From NCBI RefSeq assembly GCF_006345805.1, contig NW_021837020.1, forward strand, positions 1 through 22,111: a DNA stretch of 22,111 nucleotides, given 5' to 3'. The notes beneath the pieces are model-generated. The model did not search any database, was not told the origin of the DNA, and saw only the letters and a list, made by a program, of their open reading frames with translations. Below, piece by piece: positions 1-12,158 of the stretch (within the stretch, counting starts at the first letter, position 1; the number at the start of each line of letters is the position of its first letter). Origin of the DNA: Octopus sinensis (lineage: Eukaryota). The position numbers were made by a program, and so were the translations under genes.

Positions 1-1380
1 AATAAATCTTACAGTGGCACGTGTAACAAAATACGTATCACTAAAGAATATTACAGCCGAATAAAGAAAATTTGGACCTCAGAACTCTTTGCATTCAATA
101 AAACAGTGACCCACAATGTGTTTGCAGTGCCAGAACTCATACAAAGATTTGGGCTGCTTGATTAGATGCTTTATGAAATCCGAGCCATTGATGTGAAAAC
201 CCTTAAAAATACTAACAAGCACATATAATTTCCACATAAACAGTGATGTAGACCGCCTCTACCTAAGACGAAAACAAGGAGGAAGAGGCTGAACATCGAT
301 CCAAAATGCCTTTGAATATCGCATCATATCTCTTCGGCAACATCTTTTAACCACCAAGTGCATCCCTTGACAAGTTTGTATACATGAGGCTGATATCATC
401 ATAAGATTTGGAAGGCAGCTTCTTGAGCAACGCTCTTTGTCTGATAACCTAGAATACATATCCAAAGAAATCGCACAACTCTACCGCCACGTATCATCAG
501 CTGAAAGGATGAGACTATATGACCAGAAGACTATGCATAGATATGTTATTACAAAGCTATGTGATGATAGTAACATTGATGATCAAAGAAGTTTATCATG
601 GACCAATAGCCAGATTTTGAAGGGTAAGCGTTTGCAATACAGGAACAGGAAATATCAACCAAGTACCCTATGCACAAAAGGGATAGAGATGCAGGTAAAG
701 CTGTAAAGTGTGAGAATCGATGCAGACTTTGTGGAGTTCACACTGAAGATATCACCCACATCATAAGCAGTTGTCTGAAAATGTCATCACAGTATTATCT
801 ACCGACAGGACATAATTTTGTAGCTAGGACACTCTATAATGAAATCCGTCAGAAGGTTAATCCCGATAACAAAAGAATAAGAACCCACAATGTGCTAGAA
901 GCCATAGCCACTCATAAAAAAAGGAATACTGGTGGAATGTATCAGTGAAGACCTCAATAAAATATAAGCACAACAGAACTGATATCATGATTTTGGATAG
1001 AGAAGAGAAACTGGGAAAAGCTGTAGAAATTAGCTGCCCAGTGGATGTTAACATAAAGCTGAAGATCAGTGAAAAAGAGATCACCTATGCTGAACTATTG
1101 AGAAATCTGTAGTTACTCTATCCACATTACAACTTCAGGTTTATACCTGTAATATCCTGGGATATGTGACACACGGCCTAAATACCAATCTTCAGAAATT
1201 AGGCTTCTCAAAATCAGAAGGAAATAATCTGATTCGAAGACTACATATTCAATTCATCACTGGAACTGTAAAAATCTGTAAAACTTACCAGAAGTTTGTC
1301 GTTTAAATATATATGAGCATGTCTAGATATGCAACTATATGCATGAAGATACATACCTAAAACATACATATCTGCACATT
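1..1380 (+). mobile_element. 3' portion of a decayed non-LTR retrotransposon with a restriction-like endonuclease, R4/Dong clade (RT C-terminus/thumb, CCHC zinc knuckle, RLE domain, short 3' UTR)
   Basis: Manual translation across frameshifts and stops gives ...YYSRIKKIWTSELFAFNKTVTHNVFAVP..., NFHINSDVDRLYLRRKQGGRG* (~230-290; R4/Dong motif RLYLPRxxGGRGL), CRLCGVHTEDITHIISSC (721-774), WWNVSVKTSIKYKHNRTDIMILDREEKLGKAVEISCP (PD-(D/E)xK-type RLE with PD->TD), and a final GTVKICKTYQKFVV* with stop at 1304-1306. Several stops and frameshifts make it inactive. Confidence 0.88.
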
Positions 1381-1460
1381 CATACATACATACATACATA
1401 CATACATACATACATACATACATACATACATACATACATACATACATACATACATACATA
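1381..1460 (+). repeat. (CATA)20 tetranucleotide microsatellite at the 3' end of the R4/Dong LINE
   Basis: Perfect 80-bp array read directly. Confidence 0.97.
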
Positions 1461-1538
1461 CGGTTCCACATAATGTAGGTTCTTAGAGTACACTCGTCGG
1501 AATGTGTAAATTATTGTTGGAGTTTTTATTGTTATTTA

Positions 1539-2829
1539 CGAGGGACGTTCAATAAGTAATGCCTCTGACCCACTTGCAATTGCTTGATCTAGCTGGAATT
1601 TTGCATGTGCAATCATTTATATCTCTATAGAGTAAGTGGCAAATTACAGCTCTGAATTAATTGTGGTTTCTGATTTACAGGTGTTTGAACCGAGTCAAGT
1701 GTGAAGTGGAGCCTGTTGAGTGTCGAGCAGTGATCCGGTTTTTGTATTTGAAAGGACGCACACCACGGGAGACTTTTGATGAAATGAAAGTAACTTATGG
1801 TGATGATGCCCCATCATATGACCTTGTAAAACGCTGGCATCGTGAATTCAAACATGGTCGGAACTCTGTGGAAACAGCTCCCAGATCTGGTCGCCCCCTT
1901 CTGCCATTGATGAGGCATCTGTCCGTCAAGTTGAGGCTGCCATTTTGGAAAATTGACGCATAATTATTCGCCAAATATCCCATGAGGTCAAGATTAGTAC
2001 CGGGTCTGTGGAAACTATCATTCATGACCATTTGCATATGCAAAAGGTGTCTGCCAGATGGATTCCCAGGTTGCTCACGCCTTTCCAGAAGCAAGAACGC
2101 GTCGAGTGATCGAGGGTGAATTTGGAGATGTGCCAAGAAGATGAGTCAAAATTTTTCAAAAGACTGATTACACAGGATGAAACCTGGGTCCATCGCGATG
2201 ATCCAGAGACCAAAGCCCAGTCAATGCAGTGGAAGCACCGTGACTCACCCCCTCCAAAGAAGGCAAGGGTGCAGCCCTCCGCTGGCAAGGTCATGTTCAC
2301 AGTCTTCTGGGACCAGGACGGAGTAGTGATGACAGATTTCCTGGCAAAGGGTACCACAACTGCAGGAGCCTATTATGCTTCACTTTTGAGGAAATTAAGA
2401 GAAGTTATCAAAATCAAGAGGCGGGGCAAGATCAGCAAAGGCATCCTCCTCCTGCAAGACAACGCTCCGGTCCACAACTCGCTTGTCGCCAGATCAGAAG
2501 CACAGGCGTATGGCTATGAACTCCTCCCCATCTCCCCTACTTTCCTGACCTTGCACCCTCTGATTTTCACCTCTTCCCAATCATGAAGTTGTATTTGAAA
2601 GGAAAGCATTTCCCAGATGATGCAGCCTTGATTTCTGAAGTCACGTTGAGGTTGGAGGACCAAGCTGGGTTCTTCTAAAAAAACAGTCTCCAGAGCCGCA
2701 TCAAACGATGGGAGAAATGCGTAACTCTGGGTGGTTCCTATGTAGAAAAAGACTAATAACTGTGCTAAGTTTCGTTGCTCTACTGCTATGGGAAGTGGGT
2801 CAGAGGCATTACTTATTGAACGCCCCTCG
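1539..2829 (+). mobile_element. Full-length (1291 bp) mariner DNA transposon, DD34D family, probably irritans/Bytmar1-like; non-functional
   Basis: 37-bp TIRs at 1539-1575 (CGAGGGACGTTCAATAAGTAATGCCTCTGACCCACTT) and 2793-2829 (1 mismatch). TA target duplication at 1537-1538 and 2830-2831. Internal transposase remnant. Confidence 0.96.
1706..2756 (+). pseudogene. Mariner transposase pseudogene
   Basis: HTH region VEPVECRAVIRFLYLKG...RSGRP, linker WIPRLL, ITQDETW (first D), LLQDNAPVH (second D), YFPDLAPSD (third D, exactly 34 residues after the second), ending RWEKCVTLGGSYVEKD*. Lesions: GTG at the expected start (1706), frameshifts at ~1889 and ~2529 in C-runs, in-frame stops at 1954, 2107 and 2676. 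Confidence 0.93.
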
Positions 2830-4317
2830 TATCTCTAGGCTAGCTGGGACGTAGTAGGCTTAAAGAGTTTGAATACATACTTTGCGACATTTCTTCTATT
2901 TAAATTCCATTGTGGTCAACCATGCTTTTCATTCCTTTAGGGATGTATAATATAGGTCAATCTTATCGACTGATCCCTTCCCTACAAAAGTGCTAGTCGT
3001 GTGTCTACCTTGCAAACCATTATTTATTTGTTTATTTAACATTTTCTATTGGTAGCTTCAGCGATTATCGAAATTACTCGATAAATGCCATTTTCTTCCA
3101 ACACTGTAGCCGTCATGACAGCTATTAAAAGTATCCCTCAGCATACGAACGCTCAGACACGTTGGCCCAGACATTATAATCGTCTTTAAGCCCTTTGCTC
3201 CTTACAACGTATACTGCATCCACGACTTTTCTCCACCGTTTTTGACTCTGAGCATCTCTTTCTCTACAATTCGGTCCTTGCTTTTTCGGCTCTACCTCTG
3301 TATCTTCTCTCCAGCTACTTTTGGGACATGTTCTTTTCTGCTTCTCTTGCTGGTTAATTTTGGCTTTTTCCTTGTAGTAAGTTGGGAAGTCGACTTTCCT
3401 TTCATATTTTGCTGCACTCTGTTATATGTCTCCTTCGGGGATGACCTTTTTCTGTCAAGGCTTGTTGATTTTGAATCACTATGATGCTTTTGTGTTTGCA
3501 AGTTTGCTTTTTTCAACGCAGGGGTGTTGGCGCTACACACATACCTTTTTTGAGTCTGAAAGGAGGTTGTCCACATTTGTATATCATTTATCTCTTGACC
3601 TATCCATCATGGGTGACCCTATCTGGGGCTAGCGTTCCAGTCCTTCATTGCCAGACCGCAGAATCCTTTGTTCTCATTCCATCAGTACTCTGCAATTCCT
3701 TCTTTGTTTATATCACTCGTACATTTCTCCAGACCTACTTAGTAATGGAAAATTATTCCTGAATAGTAGCCATAGCTGAGGAAATTTCACGTTTAATTCC
3801 GATTCCTGCCTTGATAATCTCTTGTTTCTTATTCGATTGTATTTTGCTTCTGAGACGAAATTATGCAATATATCCAACTAATTTTTTAGAAGTGTACAAT
3901 TTGAGGAATATTATCTGCATATTCTATCGGGTTGAATGATCTCGCAGAGGCTTCACACAAACTATCGGCACCATAATTTCTGTCCTCTCACGTGTAAAAT
4001 AATTCTCAAAATTTTATTCTATTGTCGCCCTTTTAAGATGGCGACCCAACAACGTTCCACCAATGATGTCGCACAAAGATTCAAATAAGAGATTTCATTA
4101 TACAGGCCGAAGGATTTGGTGCGAAAGGCTTTTTCATTGGTCTAACTATATAATCTTTCCGCATTAGAGACATACATGTGATCAATAGGGACAGAGCTGA
4201 AAAATACACAAATACATAAATATATGCGTCTGTAAAGCAGTGAAGTAAATACGCGCACGTAGATACGCACACACATAGACAAACAAGCCGGTAGAGACAC
4301 ACACTCAACTGCATTTA

Positions 4318-4433
4318 GGTGTATGTGTGTGTGAGTGTGAGTGAGTATTTATGCACATATGCGTTTATTTGCATGTATGCATTTCTGTATATAAGCATGT
4401 GTGTATAGCTGTACATATATATATGTGTATGTA

Positions 4434-4507
<74 letters not shown>

Positions 4508-4517
4508 TGCATGAATG

Positions 4518-4569
<52 letters not shown>

Positions 4570-4850
4570 GCGTGTGTATACATATATATATATACATACA
4601 CATATATGTATATATGTATATGTGTGTTTATATACATGTATGAATTTATTCATAAATATGATTGCAAGAATATACGTATTATTGTACGTATCTTTATATA
4701 TATATATGTGTGTATGTGTGTGTGCGCGCGCCCATGTGTGTGTATATATAAATATATACGTATTATATGTAAATATAAAAATGTATACCTAAATATATAG
4801 GTTTATATATATATATATATACATACGTTTGTATGTGTGTGTGTGTGTGC
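4318..4850. repeat. Compound microsatellite (TA)n/(TATG)n/(TG)n
   Basis: Read directly. Confidence 0.95.
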
Positions 4851-5139
4851 GAATGATTATCTTGAATTGCCTATACCCATGTGTAACAGATGGTATTAAG
4901 AGATAAAAGGAGACATAAATCAAACAGACTCCTTACTACTGGATACATTATCTCGAACTTACATCGTTACCTTGGTGAACGTGAGCAATATTTACACAGA
5001 TACAAACGCATACTCGCACACACGCGCACACACTCACACACACTAACAAACATATCATATAGTGGATGGGTGTACGTCTATAATTTTGCATATATGTATA
5101 CAAGCGTGTGTGCCATTCCTATATGTATATAAGTACATA

Positions 5140-5156
5140 TTAAGTCATATGATATG

Positions 5157-5241
<85 letters not shown>

Positions 5242-5470
5242 TATGTATGTATGTATGTATGTATGTCTGTATGTATGTATGTATATATAGATAGATAGAT
5301 AGACAGATAGATAGATAGACAGATGGATAGAAAGACAGATAGATGGATAGAATGAGATATATATATACATATATATATATACATGTATATATGTGTGTGT
5401 GAGCCTGTGTGTTTGTTCGTTTGTTTGTGTGTGTGTGTGTTTGTGAGTGTGTGTGTGTGAGTGAGTGATT
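5140..5470. repeat. Compound microsatellite (TA)n/(TATG)n/(TAGA)n/(TG)n
   Basis: Read directly. Confidence 0.95.
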
Positions 5471-6003
5471 GTTATAAATGAACGCATTTTTCCACACTAT
5501 CATTTATATGGTAGTGTCTTTTAGATGCAAAGATATAACTTTTCCGCCATTTTTCTTCACGTTTCACCACCGTTACCAACATCTTATATTTATTTATTAC
5601 CGCCATTACTCTCATAACTATTATTGCCACCACCACCACCACCACCATCTGCATCATTATCATCATCATCATCATCATTATAATACTACGACCTTTATAT
5701 CAGTACTAACCAGATCTGATTGTCGATGACCATTGACTATTCGAAAGTAATCCATCAGTTTCCTTACCAATAATCCCGCTAGAGACGCTGACACATTTCT
5801 GATGTCGTGATCAGTTTGAAAGATTAGCTTCTACTAAAATATGGCTTTGAATCCTACTTATATCTTTATAGATTCTTTTATCTGATAGCTTCTTCTGTCT
5901 TACAGCTTCATTCTATCTTATGCGTTTGCTCTCTTGCTTTGAACTACTCTCGTTTGTCATTTTTTTTGTCACCTCTCATCTTATTTATATTTTCTCTTCT
6001 TTT

Positions 6004-6004
6004 A

Positions 6005-6070
<66 letters not shown>

Positions 6071-6360
6071 CACTACCACTACTACTACTACTACTACTAC
6101 CACTACTACTACAACTACTACTACTACTACTACTACTACTACTGCGACTACTACTACTACTACTACTACTAACACTACTGCGACTACTACTACTACTACT
6201 GCGACTACTAACACTACTGCTGCTGTTGCTGCTGTTACTACTACTACTACTACTCTACTACTACTATCATTATTGTTAATATTTAACAGTCGACATCATC
6301 ATCATTATCATCACCATCGTCGTCGTCGTCTTCGTCATTATTGTTGCTGTTGTTATTATT
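6004..6360. repeat. Long (CTA)n trinucleotide array with CTG/CGA variants, followed by (CAT)/(CGT)/(TTG) runs
   Basis: Read directly; explains the poly-L and poly-V ORFs. Confidence 0.95.
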
Positions 6361-6437
6361 GAACACATGCCACACACACTCACATGCAAACACACACACA
6401 TCACGCTCTTTCTCTTTGTACGTTATTATTCTTGCAT

Positions 6438-6439
<2 letters not shown>

Positions 6440-6485
<46 letters not shown>

Positions 6486-6970
6486 TACTCTCTCTCTCAG
6501 TGCTAATATTTACATATGTGTGTGTGTGTGTGTGTGCGTGCCTGCGATCGTGCGTATGCCTCTCTGTGTGTGTGCGTGTGCGTGCGTCTGTGTGTGTATT
6601 TTTATATTTTGGGATGGTTATTTTTTTTCTCTTGCCTAGAAAAAAACAAACGACCGTCCCGAAATATAACAATACCTGTTTAACACATGATTTCACATCA
6701 GGAATCTTGTAAAACAAATATATAAATGTGTATATATACATATAGATCCATATACATACATGCACACACACACACACACACACACATATACATACATACA
6801 TACATATACCCCTAGATATCTGTATTTCAAACCTATGTCTTATTTGTATGTACACGTGTGTATTTACTTTTATGTGTATACATATGTGTGTGTGTATTCA
6901 TATTTTTATATATACAAATGCATACGTATAAATTTTCTTTGTGTGTATATAGACGTAATTAAATATAAAC
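6440..6970. repeat. Compound microsatellites (TC)n, (TG)n, (CA)n, (TA)n
   Basis: Read directly. Confidence 0.9.
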
Positions 6971-7156
6971 TTACGTAAATATACGTATAAGTGTATGTTG
7001 GTGTAAAATGTATCTGGTAGTGTACAGAATAGTATTTTGTTAGTAATACGGTTAGTTTCTTTTTATGCAGACACAGAAGCTCATCAAAATTTTCCATGGA
7101 AATGAAATGGAATAAAATAAAATAAAAGAAAACATTTATGATATTACATCTAAGAC

Positions 7157-7229
7157 TTTTCGCCTAACGCTTGAGAATGCTTGAACCTATATCATAGTGA
7201 CTCAAGCATTCTCGAGTGGTAGACGAAAA
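7157..7229. other. 73-nt inverted repeat/hairpin (28-bp arms, 17-nt loop)
   Basis: 7157-7184 pairs with 7202-7229: 24 Watson-Crick pairs, 2 G.U and 2 mismatches as + strand RNA. Confidence 0.85.
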
Positions 7230-7409
7230 TTTGCCGTAATGGCGTAAATATTTCATTTTGCTTGGTTATTCATTCTTTTCATTTTCTCAGCAAATTTAAA
7301 AAGACTCTCTGGATCTGTATATAAATTCATTGAAGTACATATTTCCATTTCTTCTTGATACTCTTATTATTATTAGTGAATATATATATATGTGTGTATG
7401 CGTGCTTTT

Positions 7410-7575
7410 TGTGTCTGGGTTTCACCCTACAACCACTTAACAACAGGTGATGATTTCTTCTTAGCGGTTCGGCAAAAGAGACCGATAGAATAAGAGCCAG
7501 ACTGGATTTGACTCAAGACTCGTCAAGATGGTGCCCCAGCATGGCAGCAATCTTATGACTGGAACAAGTAAAAGA
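7410..7575 (+). mobile_element. Degenerate 3' half of SINE family 1
   Basis: TTAGCGGTTCGGCAAAAGAGACCGATAGAATAAG...GGTGCCCCAGCATGGC...ATGACTGGAACAAGTAAAAGA matches the 3' half of the copy at 17818-18210. Confidence 0.85.
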
Positions 7576-7581
7576 TTATAT

Positions 7582-7628
<47 letters not shown>

Positions 7629-7786
7629 TTGAAAACCCACTAGAATGGGAGCAAGCGCTAATCCGAATGATATGATATATATGTAAAAATGTAATATATA
7701 AATAAATATCTACAAATATGAACCATCTGATCTGATTACCTCAATTTTTCTAATATATAATACCTGTACATCATCTCCAAACCTTC

Positions 7787-7834
<48 letters not shown>

Positions 7835-7942
7835 GCATTTATGTATATGTATGCATTATGTATGTATGTATGTATGTATTACTCAAAGGAATTCCAACTC
7901 TGTTTTTTTATATTTTATTTATATTCTTATCATCTCAATATA

Positions 7943-8490
7943 GGAGGTATGTATATAAATTAAAATGACCAACAGGATATCAAGTAGTAATGCAGTATGA
8001 CCGTTTTAAGCGGTTCCATTTAATGGAACAATACAATCATTAGATCAATTTAAATACAGTGCTATCTTCAGCTGCACAAATAAATAAAATGGAATTTTAA
8101 GAGGTAGGACATATTAATATAATTTTTCTTAAATATTTTAACAGAGTAAGAAGATGGAAGAAATTTATATGTCGCAATTGTAGCTAGGACTAGACTACAA
8201 CTTCAAAGAATCACATAGAGCATAGTGGGGGGCCATAGGATTGTAGGGGTTGTAATTAATTTTTTAAAAATTCCTTTATCTCTTTATCAACTACTAAATC
8301 TGAAACAAGAAGACACAAAAATTATATGAATGCGTCCTACTTGTTAAAATTCCATTTATTTATTTCTTCAGCTGACGATTGCACCGCATTTAAATTGATG
8401 TAATGATCGCATTGTTAAATGGAGTCGCTTGAAAGGGTCGTACTGCATTACTTCTTGATATCCCGTTGTTTATTTTGATTTTATCCCTCT
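7943..8490. mobile_element. Fold-back non-autonomous element (MITE-like, probably Tc1/mariner-derived) with ~175-185-bp imperfect TIRs
   Basis: 7943-8127 is the reverse complement of 8317-8490 (about 20 substitutions and 2 indels over the ~145-bp core, hand-aligned). TA occurs at both outer edges (7941-7942, 8491-8492). The right end reads TA-AGAGGG inward, similar to the TA-CGAGGG terminus of the mariner. Confidence 0.75.
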
Positions 8491-8714
8491 TACTTCGAGC
8501 CATGCGGATAATACCGGACTGACTTGGTGTTTCAACCGAAGTGCCTAATTCAAGTGAATTTGAATTATATATATATAAGTAGGTGTGAGTATGTGTCTAT
8601 TTATACACCTATGAAATTTATGTAGAGAGACTGAAACATAAACTTCGATGAATAGACATATTTACGTTGAATAGTCTATAACTTGGTGCATCAAGTATTC
8701 ACAAACACAAATAT

Positions 8715-9420
8715 GAGCAACAACAACAACAACAACAACAAAAACAATAACAATAGAAAACAAGAACAACAACTACAACATCGGCGAACATTAAAAGTAA
8801 AAGTAATAACTTTATCATTAGCAACAGCAAGAGCAGGAACATTACATTAATGGTCACAGCAATAGCAATGACAACAACAACAATAGCAATAGCAACAAGA
8901 GCACGCATAGGATATTAATGGCGGCTACAACAACAATAGCATCAACATCAGTTACAGTTGTTGGAGAGATATGTCAGCGACAACAGCAGCAATTACAACA
9001 ACATCAAACAGAAAAACAACAAAACTGCAGTTGAAACAACAACAGCAACAGCAACAACAACAACTATAGGAATATTACGTTAATGGCCACAGCAACAATA
9101 ACCAGAATAACGATGATAATAGCAATAGAAATATTATCAGAACCACCATAGCAGTTATTCCGACAATAACATCAACAACGGCAACAACAACAACAACAAT
9201 AGGGAATTTGAAGAGCAACAATAATAACAATTATATTTACAATGATAACAACAATAACGCAAGCTTCACAACGGCATCTACTATAACAACGACAAGGAGA
9301 AGACCAGCAACAAGAATTAAAGCAGTTAAAAACAACAAATGCAAAAGCGATAAAAAATATTTTAAAAAAGATCATTGCAACTACTTGAAGAAACACGACA
9401 GCAGCAGCAGCAGCTACATG
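8715..9420. repeat. Degenerate (AAC/AGC/AAT)n-rich low-complexity region with an embedded ~29-bp recurrent unit
   Basis: CAA-rich on the + strand; variants of AGGAATATTACGTTAATGGCCACAGCAAC at ~8835, ~8909 and ~9068. Confidence 0.85.
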
Positions 9421-9444
9421 TACGGCAATGGCGATGTGTTGCTA

Positions 9445-9687
9445 TAGTGTATATGTGTGTTAATATGTTTGATATAAGGGTGTGCGTATCCGTATGTGTG
9501 TGCATGTGTGTGTGTGTCCGTGTGTATCTTTGTTTGTGTGTAAGTGTGTGTGTATGAGTGTGTGTGTGTGTGTGTGTGCGTGTGTGTCTGTGTGTGAAAG
9601 AGACTATGAATGTGAATCTATGTATGTGTGTGCCTGGATATATATGAGTAAGTGCCTATATGGTTGTGTGGATAATTATATACATAT

Positions 9688-9722
<35 letters not shown>

Positions 9723-10089
9723 TATTTATTTATATGTATGTATATATAGATATAGATAGATAGATAGATAGATAGAAAGAAAAATGGAGACATGGATGGA
9801 TTGACAGAGTGAGAGAGAGACTATGTACTGCTTATATCTGTGTGTGTGTCTGTCTGTGTGTGCGTACGCCCGAGTGTTTTTCTCTGTGTGTGTGTGTATG
9901 TGTGTGCTTGTGTGTGTATGGCTGCATTCTTATTTAATGCCTATTTGACTACGTAGCTATGTGTGTGATGTCTTCACGCGGATATGTATATTGTGCCCAT
10001 GAGACCATGTGGCTATATGTCTATATATGTGTATTTATATGACTTTGTGGCTATATATGTGTATGTGTATATATATACATACATTAATA

Positions 10090-10125
<36 letters not shown>

Positions 10126-10903
10126 TGTATGTATGTATATGAGTATATGTATGACTGTATGATTGCGCGTGTATAAATATGTGCCTGTGTACGTCGTTTT
10201 GTGAATGTCTTTTTTTATGTGCCTGTAAATTAGTGGTTGCGCATGCGCGTGCCTAAGCTGCATGTGTCTGTACGTGGACCCTCTCTATGTGTATATGCGC
10301 GCGCAGGCGAGTGTGTGTGTATATTTGTGTGAGTGTGTGGTGGCCGTAGATGTTTGTCTCTGCTTCTGTCTGTCTAAACGTGTGTGTAACCACCTGCGTA
10401 TTTGAATGTGTGCGTTTGTGATTCATCGTGTATCCACACACAACGGGGTGATTTTTATGTGTGTGCATTCGTGTGCAAGGAAATACGCGCATATTGAATG
10501 TGCGTATAAACATCCCAGTATACGTGTATACTAGTGGCTATGTATGCAAATGTATACATGTGTATATGTGTATGTGGGTATATGTGGAGAATGTATGTAC
10601 GTGTGTGCACGTTTGTTTGTATTTATGTATGTGCTTGTGTGAATTCGAGTACAATAAAACACTCACTATTTCTATGCGTGTGAATACGCCAACATATGTG
10701 TTCATGTGTATGAAAATGAATATACGCACACACACGCACGTAACACACACACACACATATGTATACATATAAACATGCATATATATATATATACATACAT
10801 ATATATATGTTTATATATATATAAATATACACGCAGAGACACATTATATATGCACTCACACACATACACACACGCACATATATATATATGCATATATACA
10901 TGC

Positions 10904-10956
<53 letters not shown>

Positions 10957-10976
10957 CATACATTTATATACATATA

Positions 10977-11048
<72 letters not shown>

Positions 11049-11270
11049 TATATATATGCCACAATATGTTCGGATTGAATGTATGTATATGTATATATGT
11101 ATGTATGCATGTGCATGAAAGTGATTCAGTGTGTGTGTGGAAGTGCATATGAGTATGTATGTATTTATGTATGTATGAATGCGTGTGTATGAATATGTAT
11201 GTATGAATATGTATGTATGAATGCGTGTGTTCGTGTTTGTATGTGCGTATGTGTGCGAATGTCTGTATAA
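9445..11270. repeat. ~1.8-kb mosaic of (TG)n, (GATA)n, (TATG)n, (TA)n, (CA)n microsatellites and their decay products
   Basis: Read directly; explains the many Y/I/C/V/M-rich ORFs. Confidence 0.92.
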
Positions 11271-11459
11271 ATAATATCGACTAAACAACAACAACAACAA
11301 CAACAGAAACAGCACAAGAAAAAAACAATGAAGAACAGCAACCACGAAATGCAGCCATATTTGTTGAGCATCCGCCGCCAATCAGCCTCACTACCTACGC
11401 CCAATACACCCACTTCACACCCCCACCTCCTACTCCTACTCCTTTAATATCACCCACAA

Positions 11460-11461
11460 CA

Positions 11462-11504
<43 letters not shown>

Positions 11505-11907
11505 CACACACACACAGAGGTGCGCGCGCGAACAGACACAGATAAGCAGATACTCGCCGTATCAAGCAGTGCATTCTGTGCAATATCACTCAAACCTGCT
11601 AAGCACCCGGTTTTAACAGCGCTGGAAAAGAATTATGAAAAGTCTTTAGTGAATAGCTATTGACACGAAGGCAGGCACCGGTGCCATTAGTTCAGGTTGC
11701 TGTGGAAACTTACAGGGAGACACAGTACGTATTTCATTACGTCTTACTAAAATCAATGATTTCTTCATAAATTATATGTATATATATATATATGTGCGCG
11801 CGCGTGTGTGTTTGTGTGTGTGTGCGTGTGTGTGTGTTCATACATATATACGTCATAAATGTGTGTATGTAAGTGTATATGTATAGGCATAGAATATATA
11901 TATATAT

Positions 11908-11938
<31 letters not shown>

Positions 11939-11997
11939 TACAGTCAATTTGGCAAACATGCCTGGAGATATATATATATATATGTGTGTGTACTTGT

Positions 11998-12043
<46 letters not shown>

Positions 12044-12095
12044 CTGACAGACAGACAGAGAGTCTCTGCGCGTGTGTGTGCGTGTGTATGTGTGG
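11460..12095. repeat. (CA)n, (TA)n, (TG)n, (GATA)n, (GA)n microsatellites interspersed with short unique stretches
   Basis: Read directly. Confidence 0.85.
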
Positions 12096-12158
12096 TCCGC
12101 CCATCATCAGTAACTCCGTTCCAATCGTAAACAAAACAAAGTCAGTATTTTAACCCAG

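Noticed and set aside
4035-4050. YY1-like AAGATGGCG with ATG; also NRF1-like GCGCATGCGC at ~10239 and CCAAT/TGACGT near 14890-14915
   Set aside because: Isolated short motifs expected by chance or arising from GC/GT repeats; no CpG-island-like or other promoter context; the ATG frame is only 16 codons.
5710-5835. Minus-strand exon candidate KLIFQTDHDIRNVSASLAGLL with GTAAGG donor
   Set aside because: Weak acceptor, no homology recognised and no consistent minus-strand gene model.
7259-7365. Minus-strand open stretch EYQEEMEICTSMNLYTDPESLFKFAEKMKRMNNQAK*, and a + strand acceptor at 7290
   Set aside because: No good acceptor for the minus reading, no convincing donor or phase partner for the plus reading, and no recognised protein.
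11280-11460. Poly-Q / RRQSASLPTPNTPT peptide on the + strand
   Set aside because: No splice signals or clear start; derived from (CAA)n and C-rich low-complexity sequence.
11715-11775. Minus-strand GTAAGT donor with LRR-like RRNEIRTVSP peptide
   Set aside because: LRR spacing is off by one, it is very short, and no partner exon was found.
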